Part shown: piece after piece, positions 1-9,676 of the stretch
How positions within the stretch are numbered: position 1 is the stretch's first letter
Layout: each line of letters opens with the position of its first letter
Source: Candidatus Latescibacterota bacterium
Lineage (GTDB): Bacteria > Latescibacterota > UBA2968 > GCA-2709665
Assembly (NCBI GenBank): GCA_965248435.1
Contig: OZ252100.1
Span: forward strand, 5,344,001-5,408,000
DNA: 64,000 nucleotides
Reading direction: 5' to 3'
Program-made: the position numbers and the translations under genes
The notes under the pieces: model-generated
Seen by the model: only the letters and a program-made list of their open reading frames with translations
Told to the model about the DNA's origin: nothing
Database searches by the model: none

Positions 1-219
1 GAATTTAATTGGACTTTGTCCGACTTGCTGAATCCGCTCTGCGAAGCAGGCTTAACGATAAGAAGGATTGTTGAGAGTCCTGCCGAAGATTCTGGCTTCT
101 GGGAGGGCAGTCACTACAAGGCAGGGACAGATGAAACTCTGGCAGACTGGAAATCGAACCCTCGTGCCGGTTTACCGGTGTGGCTAACCGTCGCCGCCTC
201 AAATGCAAAATGCAAATAG
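1..219 (+). CDS. C-terminal part of a probable class I SAM-dependent methyltransferase (truncated by window edge)
   Basis: Frame is open from base 1 (EFNWTLSDLLNPLCEAGLTIRRIVESP...), resembling the 'TLSDxxNxLxxAGFxIxxxxE' tail of methyltransferases. Confidence 0.5.
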   Translation, partial: EFNWTLSDLLNPLCEAGLTIRRIVESPAEDSGFWEGSHYKAGTDETLADWKSNPRAGLPVWLTVAASNAKCK

Positions 220-228
220 GATCACCTT

Positions 229-993
229 GTGTCGTATCGGCCTATCACACTCGACAAGAAGCCCGACCTCGAAGACCAGATCCACCGCCTAAGCATCGCT
301 TCGTGGCCCGAATTCCTTCGCCACACCAATATTCTCTACTGGCATCTCCTTTTCGAGCAATTTGCTGAGTTTCAGCTGGTCCTGTGCGACGCCTCGCAGG
401 ATGTGATTGCGGTCGGCCACACGTTGCCCCTCGTATGGGATGAGTCGCTCGCGGATTTGCCCCCTGACCTCCACACGATTTTCGTCCGCGCGAAAGAGGT
501 GGTGGAACGCCAACAGACCGCAACAGCGCTCTCGGCCTTGGCAGTGATGGTAGCACCCGCTCACCGACGAAAAGGGCACAGCAGAACGATGGTGCAGGCA
601 ATGGCAGACATGGCGGCCGAACGCGGATTGAGCGCGCTCATCGCCCCTGTGCGACCTACCTTGAAGGCCTCCTATCAGCTTACACCCTTCGAGACATATC
701 TAGGCTGGACTCGGGAAGATGGGTCGCCGTTTGATCCCTGGGTTCGGGTCCACTGGCGTCTGGGAGCTGAAAGGCTGAAGGTGATTCCCAAGGGAGTAGT
801 GGTTACTGGCACAATAGCCGAGTGGGAGGCGTGGACCGGGTTGCAGTTTCCAGAAAGTGGTTCTTACATTGTGTCAGGGGCGTTGCAGCCAGTAGAAATA
901 GATCGTGAACGGGATCGGGGATGCTATGCCGATCCTAATGTTTGGATGCGGCATCCTGTAGGCGAGGATCGTCAAATTCGTGTAGGTGATTGA
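229..993 (+). CDS. GNAT-family N-acetyltransferase-like protein
   Basis: Acetyl-CoA loop VAPAHRRKGHS; APVRP and DGSPFDPWVRVH motifs. Confidence 0.7.
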   Translation: MSYRPITLDKKPDLEDQIHRLSIASWPEFLRHTNILYWHLLFEQFAEFQLVLCDASQDVIAVGHTLPLVWDESLADLPPDLHTIFVRAKEVVERQQTATALSALAVMVAPAHRRKGHSRTMVQAMADMAAERGLSALIAPVRPTLKASYQLTPFETYLGWTREDGSPFDPWVRVHWRLGAERLKVIPKGVVVTGTIAEWEAWTGLQFPESGSYIVSGALQPVEIDRERDRGCYADPNVWMRHPVGEDRQIRVGD

Positions 994-1987
994 TGCGTGT
1001 GCTTCTGCTTGGTGGAACCGGGCTCAGTGGACCCTTTGTCGCGCGAGAATTACAGAACAGTGGCCATGAGGTAGTGGTCTATCATCGTGGGGAGCACGAG
1101 AGCCCGTATATGCCAGATTGTGAGCATATTCACGGTGACAGGAGAAATCGTGAAGCGTTCAGAGAAGAGCTGAAGAAGATCAAGGCAGATGCTGTCATTG
1201 ATATGCATAGGTATGATTGATGCCGACTCTGAGCCAGTGATTGAGGCTTTCAGAGGTCGAATCAAGGCATCTGTGCACATCAGTTCCGGTGATGTCTATG
1301 CAGAATTCGGGGAAACACAGATTTCAGAAGATGCTCCCCTTAGACAACCCCCATCTTACGAGGAGGAGCCTCGGGACTACGACAAGGTTTTGATGGAGAG
1401 GGCAGTGCTAGGGGCTTGTCAAGAAGGGGACTTTCCCGCAACGGTAATCCGGTATCCAGTAATTTACGGTCCAGGCAGATTAGGTGGGTATCGCGAATGG
1501 CCTCTGATTAAGCGGGTCCTCGATGGGAGAGACGCCTTACCCCTCCCAGGGAAGGCGTTTCGAATACCAGCTGCTCGAGGGTACCACAAGAATCTAGCAG
1601 CAGGTGTCGTATCAGCTCTGGAGTCGGATGTGGCTGTGGGTAAGGCCTACTAATCTCGCCGATGTGGAGTGTCAAACGCTTCCCGAGATAGCCGAGGGGA
1701 TAGCGAAGATCTTGGGTCACGAATGGGAGATCATCGAAATACCAGACGACGTTTGGGAGGGAAATATCTATAGCGGGCCGCTCGGTCAATACGATCTTTC
1801 TCGTGCTACAAGGGATCTGGGCCTCCGTGACGTTGTGGCCGTAGAAGAAGCACTCAAGGAAACCGTCCTCTGGCAGCTTGAGAACCCGCCGGAACCGAAC
1901 GAGACCTGGAAAATCACAGTAGATGAGGAGGCGTACCAGATAGAGGAAGGACTGTTTGCCAAGGTACCGCGGGCTGCCAAGAAGTGA
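990..1987 (+). pseudogene. NAD-dependent epimerase/dehydratase (extended SDR) broken by two +1 frameshifts
   Basis: GGTGLSG, ISSGDVY, YDK and VIYGP motifs are spread over ORFs 990-1220, 1189-1653 and 1604-1987; extra C near 1207 (gatatg-c-ataggt) and extra T near 1651 (gcctac-t-aatctc). Confidence 0.8.
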
Positions 1988-2011
1988 ATACGCTCCTATA
2001 AGACGGAGGTA

Positions 2012-2458
2012 TTGAAAATGCCTTTCGAACCCAGGATTAGCATCATTACGCTCGGTGTAAGTGATATGGCAACGTCGATCAGGTTCTATAGGGACGGGCT
2101 TGGCTTTCCGACATCTGCTAAAGACGACGCAGGATGGGCGCTCTTTGAAACCAGCGGTACTCGCTTTTCGCTTTATCCCTACGATCACCTGGCCAAGGAT
2201 ATTTCGCCAGCTACGGAGGGACTTAGGAGCGGATTCGGCGGAATCACTCTGGCTCACAACACAAGAATGCGTGAAGACGTAGATGAAGTCCTCAGCATCG
2301 CTGAGGGCGCCGGAGGGAAGATACTCAAGCCTCCGCGGGAATCATCCTGGGGCGGTTACAGCGGGTATTTTGCAGATCCCGACGGATACCCGTGGGAGGT
2401 GGCCTGGGGTCCAATGTTCGAAATCAGAGATGATGGCACACTCGTATTGAACCAATAG
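2012..2458 (+). CDS. VOC/glyoxalase family protein
   Basis: ISIITLGVSD...FYRDGLG and WGGYSGYFADPDGYPWEVAW; RBS ggagg. Confidence 0.9.
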   Translation: MKMPFEPRISIITLGVSDMATSIRFYRDGLGFPTSAKDDAGWALFETSGTRFSLYPYDHLAKDISPATEGLRSGFGGITLAHNTRMREDVDEVLSIAEGAGGKILKPPRESSWGGYSGYFADPDGYPWEVAWGPMFEIRDDGTLVLNQ

Positions 2459-2508
2459 TTCCGTGGGTCGGGCAGCAAAGTATGAATGGGATGAATCATT
2501 GACCAGCC

Positions 2509-3438
2509 ATGATGAAACCGACACTTACGTTCGCAGGAGATGAGGGGGACTCTTGGGTCTATAGATTTGGCGAACTCATTCTCAAGACGGACAAACTGGA
2601 TCGACCTGACCGCAACAGAGTCATCGCTTTGGGAGCGGCTTGTGGAATCCAGATGGAACACATGGTCCGTCACCCGGAACTGGTCCACGGCAAGAAAATC
2701 TTGGAGCCATTTTCGGGATCAGGCCCACTGGGGATTGTTGCTCTGTCGCTGGGCGCTGAGAAGGTCACCTTCGTAGACATCAATTCCAGGGCAATGGACC
2801 TTCTTTTGAGGAATGTTAAGAGAAACAACCTCCCCTCAGACAGAATTACCACGGCTATCACAGATTTCAGCAGCTTTCAGACTTCTGGTAGGTTTGATGC
2901 GATCTTCGCCAACCCACCTTTCGTCGCCACCCCTGAAGGTGTTGTTGGAGCCCTGCACTCCGAGGCTGGGGTGGATGGAAACGGTCCTGCTGAGCAACTA
3001 CTGAACAAGCTTCCAGCGTTGCTTGAGAAAGACGGTCAGGCATTCTTGTATCTGATTCAAATCGAGAGCGAGGGCATCCCGACAATCCTGACAACTGTCG
3101 AGTCGTGCTTGCCCCGGAGGCCTGTCGAGCTAACCAAAGGATTTCGAGAGTCAAAGGCATTCGAAGAGCTTGTCAGTACATACGAAGAGTCATTGTCACA
3201 CAAAACCGAGCAAATTGAAGCATGGGCGAGCAAGCTGAGAGACCGTTTCGGGCGCAATTTAACGATAAACCATTATATGATCCACATAGATGCTGAATCT
3301 CAGAGTAGCGGCTCCACAATCAGAGATTACGATGGCGCCAAATACGGGGAAGGTTATTTTCGACGATTCAACCTGAAAGCCACTGCACTTGAGAACTTCG
3401 TGCAATCAGATAAAGGCTCGGTTGAAGAGTTTGAATAG
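2509..3438 (+). CDS. class I SAM-dependent methyltransferase (HemK/PrmC-like, NPPF motif)
   Basis: ILEPFSGSG motif I, VDIN, FDAIFANPPF. Confidence 0.8.
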   Translation: MMKPTLTFAGDEGDSWVYRFGELILKTDKLDRPDRNRVIALGAACGIQMEHMVRHPELVHGKKILEPFSGSGPLGIVALSLGAEKVTFVDINSRAMDLLLRNVKRNNLPSDRITTAITDFSSFQTSGRFDAIFANPPFVATPEGVVGALHSEAGVDGNGPAEQLLNKLPALLEKDGQAFLYLIQIESEGIPTILTTVESCLPRRPVELTKGFRESKAFEELVSTYEESLSHKTEQIEAWASKLRDRFGRNLTINHYMIHIDAESQSSGSTIRDYDGAKYGEGYFRRFNLKATALENFVQSDKGSVEEFE

Positions 3439-3460
3439 GATGAGTTAAGGAAGCACTTAA

Positions 3461-4062
3461 ATGACAGATGATAAAATGGTGCTAGTTGGCGCGGCCTTTC
3501 CAAGGACAGGAACAATGTCTGTAAAGCAGTAGGCCGCTGCTACCACATGCACGAGGTGTTCCTCAACCCTGAGCATATTGAAATCTGGGATGCTACCTGC
3601 GATGGAAAAATGCCGGATTGGAGGGCACTTCTCTCCGGGTATGCGGCCACACTCGACGCGCCAGCCTGTTTGTACTGGAGGGAACTTGCTAATTGCTTTC
3701 CTAGCGCCAAGGCGCTCCTGATCAGACGCGATCCAGAGAGTTGGTATGAAAGCATGCTTTCCACGACATACCAAGTTGTGATGGGACCAAAGGGAGAGAC
3801 TGAGCGGGCATTGGCAATGGTGAAGCGCGTTCTTTTCAAAGGCTATTTCAAGGGTCGATTCGAGGATAAGGAATACGCGATATCAAAGTACCGCCAATAC
3901 TGCAAAGAGGTTAGGGAAAGCATCAGTGAGGAACGACTGCTCGACTACGAGGTTTCACAAGGATGGGACCCTCTATGCGAGTTACTAGATTACGGCGTTC
4001 CAGATGAGCCATTCCCAATGAAGAACACGAGAGAGAGGTTTCAGGCAAGAAATCGATTGTGA
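3461..4062 (+). pseudogene. sulfotransferase-family (P-loop, Sulfotransfer_4-like) protein with a 5' deletion/frameshift
   Basis: ATG 3461 gives MVLVGAAFPRTGTMSVKQ* and another frame resumes GRCYHMHEV...RDPESWYES...GWDPLC...PFP; the usual ALExLG segment is missing. Confidence 0.75.
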
Positions 4063-4075
4063 GGGCAAAACGACA

Positions 4076-4110
4076 TGTAACCAAATCCGCCCAGTCCGCA
4101 TCCTATATTG
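4076..4110 (+). promoter_or_regulatory. possible ECF-sigma-type promoter
   Basis: TGTAACC...CATCC directly upstream of an ECF sigma gene remnant. Confidence 0.3.
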
Positions 4111-4137
4111 TGAAGGCCTTCAACAAGCGGAGAGCTG

Positions 4138-4249
4138 ATGAACGACAAGGTTTTTGTGACTAGGTCGCTTGAGGGCGATACAGATGCCTTCGGCACCCTA
4201 GTGAAGCGCCACTATAGCACTGTGCGCGGGCTGGCAGCGGGGCGGAACG
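4138..4249 (+). pseudogene. N-terminal fragment of ECF sigma-70 factor, interrupted by an IS end
   Basis: MNDKVFVTRSLEGDTDAFGTLVKRHYSTVRGLA matches the region 1.2/2.1 pattern 'GDxxAFxxLVxRY'; followed by IS terminal sequence. Confidence 0.65.
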
Positions 4250-4562
4250 TGTCAATAAGAATGAGACACCTCGCGTGAAAGTTTAGTGTAGGGTGGGCTT
4301 GCACTCGGCGAGCACTCGATGATGTTGCTTGGTTGGTTGATCCAGACTTCCGTCGGGATCTTTGGGGCCTGGGGCGGATGGTTGACGAAGCGTTCAGGAT
4401 GTCGCAGGTAGGCATCGTCCAGAACCTGTTGCCTGGCCGTTTGAAGATCCCCGGCGCGGTTGTAGTGCACAGCTTCGGGCGTGAACAGGCCGAGTCCGCT
4501 GTGTCGGTGCTGGGTGTTGTACCAGGGGAAGAAGACTCGGAAGTATGACCGCGCCTCTTCCG
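4250..4562 (-). mobile_element. IS3-family 3' remnant (transposase C-terminus plus right end)
   Basis: FFPWYNTQHRHSGLGLFTP...HPERFV...VWINQP integrase-core tail; terminal tgtcaataagaatgagacac. Confidence 0.8.
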
Positions 4563-4636
4563 GTTTGGAACGGCTCGGCGCACGAGGCTCCTTCGCCAAA
4601 CCCCTACGGGGTTCGGGAGTGCTGGAAACGTTATAG
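4563..4636 (+). repeat. attC-like site, right half
   Basis: Hairpin aacccc-tac-ggggtt then GTTATAG at 4630-4636; left half replaced by the IS remnant. Confidence 0.35.
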
Positions 4637-4957
4637 GCCATGCCACGCAGTCACGTCGCTCAAGACAGCAGCAAGGGTGGCAGAATAACAAAACTTGGAA
4701 ACGCAAGCCTGAAGCAGGGCGAACGTAGCTCATTCGTGCGCGATTCAAGGGGGTTTCGAGTGTGCAAGTCCGAAACGCCGGCGCCTCCACATCGGTCTCA
4801 TCAGTGTAGGCGAAGCCGTCTGTGGTGGCGTGACTTTGGCGGATCCACGGTGTGCGTTTACTAAGGTTCGGAATCGCCACGAAATATGGGCGCCACCGCC
4901 TTTCCCACAGATGGGAAGCACGATTGCCGCGTCGATTGTCGCTTTTGGCGAGGCGTG

Positions 4958-5129
4958 GCCTTCCCCGAGGCGCTCTCTGCGATTTTGGGTGAGCATGCCG
5001 TCGGCCTGTCACCCGCCAACGTGGTTCGTCTCAAACAGATTTGGGAACAGGAATATCAGGCGTGGCGTCATCGGGATCTTTCGGATAAACACAACGTGTA
5101 TGTGTGGGCTGATGGCATCTATTTCCAGG
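4958..5129 (+). pseudogene. IS256-family transposase internal fragment
   Basis: FPEALSAILG..AVGLSPANVVRLKQIWEQEY..W..RDLS...YVWADGIYF; cut by IS3 at 5130. Confidence 0.8.
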
Positions 5130-5159
5130 TGATGTGGCCTTGAAAAAGTGGACGGTGAA

Positions 5160-6005
5160 CTAAGCCGCTTTTTGGTGTTCGAAGGCGGCTGGAGATACGT
5201 AATCCAAAGACGCGTGCAGCCGCTGGTTGTTGTAGAAGACCTCGATGTATTCGAAGAGTTCTGGCTCGGCGTGCTCGAGGTCGTCCAGGTCGATGTGGTA
5301 AGCCCACTCGGTCTTGAGGGACCGGAAAAGGGACTCGGACACTGCGTTGTCCCAGCAGTTCCCCTTTCGGCTCATGCTCTGGACGAACCCATATTCGGCG
5401 ATCTTTTCCCGGAACCCCTCGCAGCAGTATTGGATGCCGCGGTCGGAGTGGATCATCAGCCCCTTTGGCGGACGCCGGGCACGGATAGCACGCGAGAGCG
5501 CCTTGAGGACCATCTCGTGCCGCAGGCTGGTGCTCACGCACCACCCGACGATGCGCCGCGAGAACAGGTCGATGAAGACCGCCAGATACAACCAGCCAGC
5601 CTTGCTCGGCAGATACGTAATGTCGCTGGCCCACACCCTGTTCGGCGCGTCGATGTCAAAATTGCGATCCAGCAGGTTCGGCGCCGCAGCCAGATGGTGA
5701 TTCGAGTCCGTTGTGGCCCTGAACTTCCGTGCGACCTTCGACCGCAGGCCCTGCCGGCGCATTGATTGGGCAACTCGCGTGCGGCTGCACGGATGGCCCT
5801 GGCCGGTCAAATACCGGGCGATCTTCGTGCTGCCGTAGCGAGCTTTGTGCGCCTCGAACGCCGCTCTGACTCGGGCGTCCAGAAGCCGCCGGGCCCTCTT
5901 TCTGGCGCTCTCGGGCCGCAGCAGCCAGGCATAGAAACCGCTCTTGGATACCTCCAGGACCTTCGCCATCCTCTCCACCGAAAATTCCCAGCGGTGGTCC
6001 CTCAT
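5160..6005 (-). CDS. IS3 transposase OrfB (DDE)
   Basis: WASDITY, HSDRGIQY, SRKGNCWDNAVSES, YNNQRLH. Confidence 0.95.
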   Translation of the reverse strand: MRDHRWEFSVERMAKVLEVSKSGFYAWLLRPESARKRARRLLDARVRAAFEAHKARYGSTKIARYLTGQGHPCSRTRVAQSMRRQGLRSKVARKFRATTDSNHHLAAAPNLLDRNFDIDAPNRVWASDITYLPSKAGWLYLAVFIDLFSRRIVGWCVSTSLRHEMVLKALSRAIRARRPPKGLMIHSDRGIQYCCEGFREKIAEYGFVQSMSRKGNCWDNAVSESLFRSLKTEWAYHIDLDDLEHAEPELFEYIEVFYNNQRLHASLDYVSPAAFEHQKAA

Positions 6006-6316
6006 GAACCGGAACCGGCTTTCGGTGTCTTTGAAAAGATGGCGACTGCTTTTTTTAGGATGTCCCGTTCCTCACGAGCGATCTCCAGCTCGCGACGCAG
6101 ACGGCGGTTCTCCTCCTCCAGGGGCTTCTGGTGCCCCGTACCCGGGAAGGACTCTTCAGGGTCGGCTTCAAGTTCCTTGCGCCACGCGCGGATCGCTCCC
6201 TGGTACAGCCCCAGGTCTCGCTCTACCTGCCGATCCGTCACGTCGCCGGCATCCGCGATCCGGACTGCTTCACGCTTGAAATCGGAATCAAATGTCCGTT
6301 TCGGTTTCCCTTTCAT
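6002..6316 (-). CDS. IS3 transposase OrfA (HTH), A7G -1 frameshift site
   Basis: DFKREAV...ERDILKKA; RBS aggagg. Confidence 0.9.
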   Translation of the reverse strand: MKGKPKRTFDSDFKREAVRIADAGDVTDRQVERDLGLYQGAIRAWRKELEADPEESFPGTGHQKPLEEENRRLRRELEIAREERDILKKAVAIFSKTPKAGSGS

Positions 6317-6425
6317 AGACACACCTCCTGACGGAAGATACTTTGGTTCTCGGTGTGTCCACAATTTCAAAACGCCTCAATCCACTTGGTCTTTGAGTTC
6401 AAACAAAGCAACCCCTTATTTGCGC

Positions 6426-6481
6426 CCTTCGAACACCAAAAAGCGGCTTAGTTCACCGTCCACTTTTTCAAGGCCACATCA
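6426..6481 (+). mobile_element. isolated right-end fragment (~55 bp) of the same IS3
   Basis: ccttcgaacaccaaaaagcggcttagttcaccgtccactttttcaaggccacatca is identical to the end of copy 2. Confidence 0.9.
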
Positions 6482-6769
6482 TCGTGCCTTTGCTACTTAC
6501 ACTGCACGGACACACCCAGGCAAACTCACCTGGTTCTGAATTCAACACTTTAAACAACATTTTTTCACCCCCAATTGCAGAAAAGATGCAGACATCCTCC
6601 ATTGCCACTTCACCCTTAAAAGTGCTGCGGGTGTATGGCGGATTTGACGCTTGAAATTTCCCACTTAAAGAAGATAAGGGGCTTCAGAATTCAACTACGC
6701 TTTGGCTGGTATTGGTGCAGGGGAAATTGTGGGGGAGGTTTAAAAGCTGTGGAAAACTAAGAGAGAGAT

Positions 6770-6907
6770 ATGACAAAACGTCTTGAGAAAAAAGTGGATA
6801 TGCTTCTTGGAATAGCGAAGGATTTGGATCAGAAAGTGGACTATCTGATTGAGAGCAGGAAGGAATACTATCGCTTTGATGATTACCAGAGGCTGGAAGA
6901 TGGGTAG
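6770..6907 (+). CDS. small hypothetical protein (45 aa, coiled-coil-like)
   Basis: MTKRLEKKVDMLLGIAKDLDQKVDYLIESRKEYYRFDDYQRLEDG; protein-like composition. Confidence 0.4.
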   Translation: MTKRLEKKVDMLLGIAKDLDQKVDYLIESRKEYYRFDDYQRLEDG

Positions 6908-6923
6908 GAAGAAGAGCAGTCAG

Positions 6924-7028
6924 ATGAAGAATGTCTACGAGGATCTGATGAAGAAAGTAGCAGAGTTAACGAAGGAAGCTATAGAAGAGATGAGAAGGAT
7001 TGCCAGAGATGGTGAACCGAAAGTTTGA
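6924..7028 (+). CDS. small hypothetical protein (34 aa)
   Basis: MKNVYEDLMKKVAELTKEAIEEMRRIARDGEPKV; amphipathic helix. Confidence 0.3.
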   Translation: MKNVYEDLMKKVAELTKEAIEEMRRIARDGEPKV

Positions 7029-7353
7029 TACGCATCTGCTCTATAGCTGGATGTGGCAATGCCACATTCAGCCTTAGAAGTAATGCGTAGTCTCGCGCCT
7101 ATAGATCTATTTTAATGTCTCGGTCGAGATCCGGAGAGGCAACAGAGGGACCAAAGAATCTGATTCAAGTCCCGGTCGATGACCTGAGTTCAGGTTTCTA
7201 TTACCGAGTGTCTCTATAGAATGGGGTTTACGAACTGGTTCAGGTTATCTACATTTAAGTTAGGATTTGCGCATTTCGTCCTATTGCGGAGATTTGGGAC
7301 GAATGAGCGCTTCGCGGTGGCCGACTCCGGATTCTCAAAAGCATTGGAGATGT

Positions 7354-8466
7354 ATGATTCGGCTGACTCAAATAACCTCCGAGCAGTTGGAGTGGTATCA
7401 AAGAATCACCGGCGGTTTTTATGGAATGGATTTCACCTTTGGAGGACCACCGGGTTTATTCGGATTCTACGGCGAGTTTGATATTTCCAGCGAAGGGCAG
7501 GTTGACTTGGCAAACCTCCTGGTTGCCGATTCCTGTGAACACGGGAAGGACGAGATGATTGCCGAGATTAGTGCCCTGCGACGGACTATCATGGGTAGCC
7601 GGTGGTCTGTCACACTGCGCCAGGAAAACCGACTCGAAGCTGCCTGGGAGGAGTTCAAGATGGAGTTTTTCTCGGGCCCAACGCGTGATGGAACGGTCGC
7701 AACCCACCTATTGCTCTCGCACGACAATCCTGCTGTTTTTAGAGAGCCTTATTTCAATGATAACTTTGAACTGCGTTCTGACCGTGCCCGTCAGAAGTCT
7801 GTCCAGCGAAAGCCAGGGGACTACTATCCTGTAAGTCCAGAGCGAGCCCCTGAGCAGGTTGAGGAAGTTGATGTGACGGAACTTGCACATCGCATTCGGG
7901 ATAAGTCACTGGTGGCGTTCACGGGCGCCGGGTTATCCGCCACGGCAGGTATCCCCACGTTCGAAGGGAAAGGTGGGCTGCAGGAACAATTCCCTATCGA
8001 CAATTACCGTTTTCCTGGTGCTGTTGCCGATTGGATGATACACCGACCTCGTGAGACGGCTTTAATGCTTGGAAAATTCTATACCCGTTTCATGACAGCT
8101 TGTCCCACCCAGGCTCACGCAGCTTTCGCACGATTGGAGAAACACGGGATACTGAAACACATCATTACGGGCAACTTTGACATGCTGCACGAGCGGGCCG
8201 GTAGCCAAAGAGTGCATATCAATGAACCCAAGTACTTTAAGGGCTCAAATGAGGGGTGGGCTTGGATTCAGGAAGGTCAGGTAGTTTTGGTTACAGGCGT
8301 GTCGATGGATGCAAATAATGGTCTGCTGGACTATGCCCGTTACAACGGCCTCCAAATCGCCGTCATAGATCCAGAACGGCCGGACTTCATGCATGCACAA
8401 GACTGGTTTGTCGAGGGTCTCGCTGACGATATCTTGCCGGAACTGACAAGGCTACTCACAACCTGA
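7354..8466 (+). CDS. Sir2/sirtuin-domain protein with unknown N-terminal domain
   Basis: VAFTGAGLSATAGIPTF, PTQAH, IITGNFDMLHERAGS, VTGVS; start chosen at ATG 7354 after ggaga. Confidence 0.8.
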   Translation: MIRLTQITSEQLEWYQRITGGFYGMDFTFGGPPGLFGFYGEFDISSEGQVDLANLLVADSCEHGKDEMIAEISALRRTIMGSRWSVTLRQENRLEAAWEEFKMEFFSGPTRDGTVATHLLLSHDNPAVFREPYFNDNFELRSDRARQKSVQRKPGDYYPVSPERAPEQVEEVDVTELAHRIRDKSLVAFTGAGLSATAGIPTFEGKGGLQEQFPIDNYRFPGAVADWMIHRPRETALMLGKFYTRFMTACPTQAHAAFARLEKHGILKHIITGNFDMLHERAGSQRVHINEPKYFKGSNEGWAWIQEGQVVLVTGVSMDANNGLLDYARYNGLQIAVIDPERPDFMHAQDWFVEGLADDILPELTRLLTT

Positions 8467-8560
8467 TCATTCACTTCAGGGAATGCAAGTACGGGAGCAT
8501 GATTCCAAGATCTGACCAGTATGAAACTCTGAGATATAGATGGAGATCATGTCCCACGTC

Positions 8561-8650
8561 CTCTAACAACCGATCCCCGCTGCGGCACATTCGTGCCTTA
8601 GCCCTTCGGGCACCCCACTGCGTGAGTTCGTGGATCAAAGAACGTTATGC
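8561..8650 (+). repeat. attC-like site
   Basis: CTCTAAC...GATCC...GGATC...GTTATGC with internal hairpins ggcac/gtgcc and gccc/gggc; lies downstream of the Sir2 gene. Confidence 0.55.
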
Positions 8651-9676
8651 TGGATTCAATGACTAAGTGCAACACTTGGACTTGAAGACTTCAGCTGGTG
8701 TTTTGAAGTTAAGACATTTTCTTGGTCGGTTGTTGATCCGGTTCTGAATTTTCTTTAACTCGTGTTTGCTGACCTTTGAGAAGTCTGTCTTCTTGGGGAG
8801 GTATCTGCGGACCAGACCGATAGCGTTTTCCACAGCGCCTCGCTCCCAGCTGTGAAACGGTTTGCAGAAATAGGATTTGGTGCCAAGCACCTCGTTGACC
8901 CGTTGATGTTGGCCGTTTTCGGATCCGTTGTCATATGTGATGCTCTTCCTCATGTGGGGAGGATGTCGCCCAAGGCGTCGATTAATCGCTTCGGCGACCT
9001 CCGAGGGTCCGTTCTTTGCCAGCTTAGCCAGGTGTAGGTATCTCGACGATCGCTCAAGACAAGCGCCAAGGGCCTGTTTGCTCTCTCGAGAGATGATGGT
9101 GTCGGATTCCCAGTGGCCAGGTTGTTTCCGTTTTTCGATGTAACGGGGACGTCGATCGATCGAAATACGGTCTGGAATGTGGCTTTCCCGGTGTTTTCGG
9201 GTATGCCACCGCGGCTTTCGTTTTTTGTGAGCTCGGGATAAGCAAGCAACCAGATCCCGCTGCTTGCGCACCTTTGGATCGTAGATATACTGGTAGATGG
9301 CTTCGTGGCTGATACCCGCGCTCGGACGCTCCTCGGGAAGCCTCCCAGCGATCAACTCGGGAGACCATCCTTGCTTGAGTTTGGTCTCGACATATCGCCG
9401 GATAACCGGATTCTTCAGCCGTTTCCGCTTGCCGGCCTCCCGCTTACGTTTCTCAGCCCTTCTGTGAGCCTGGAGGCCCGAGTAACTCTCAGCTATCGGG
9501 GACGGATTACGTTTCAACTCTCTTGAAATCGTGCTGGCGCTCCGGTCAAGGGCCTTGGCAATATCTCTAAGGCTTGCACCAGCGGCTCGACAAAGCGCAA
9601 TCAGCTCGCGTTCGTCTATCGTAAGATGCTTGTAATTGTTTCCCATACACTTAGGATATGACAGTTGCCACCCTAA
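8649..9676 (-). mobile_element. IS30-family element; left IR disrupted by IS1380
   Basis: End gctggattcaatgactaagtgcaaca; the other end agttgccaccctaa is cut by the IS1380 IR. Confidence 0.85.
8663..9646 (-). CDS. IS30-family transposase
   Basis: YKHLTIDER, STISRELKRN, WSPELIAGRL, GHWESDT, SITYDNGSE, SWERGAVEN, NNRPRKCL. Confidence 0.95.
   Translation of the reverse strand: MGNNYKHLTIDERELIALCRAAGASLRDIAKALDRSASTISRELKRNPSPIAESYSGLQAHRRAEKRKREAGKRKRLKNPVIRRYVETKLKQGWSPELIAGRLPEERPSAGISHEAIYQYIYDPKVRKQRDLVACLSRAHKKRKPRWHTRKHRESHIPDRISIDRRPRYIEKRKQPGHWESDTIISRESKQALGACLERSSRYLHLAKLAKNGPSEVAEAINRRLGRHPPHMRKSITYDNGSENGQHQRVNEVLGTKSYFCKPFHSWERGAVENAIGLVRRYLPKKTDFSKVSKHELKKIQNRINNRPRKCLNFKTPAEVFKSKCCT

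Larger units (their letters stand above)
5130..6379 (-). mobile_element. IS3-family element, copy 1 (1250 bp)
   Basis: Imperfect IRs TGAGGCGTTTTGAAATTGTGGAC / TGATGTGGCCTTGAAAAAGTGGAC; orfA+orfB; near-identical to 22855-24104. Confidence 0.95.

Noticed and set aside
5119-6539. Long alternative-frame ORFs (205 aa, 257 aa, 171 aa) and their mirrors at 22839-24349
   Set aside because: Antisense or overlapping shadows of IS3 orfA/orfB; duplicated only because the IS is duplicated.
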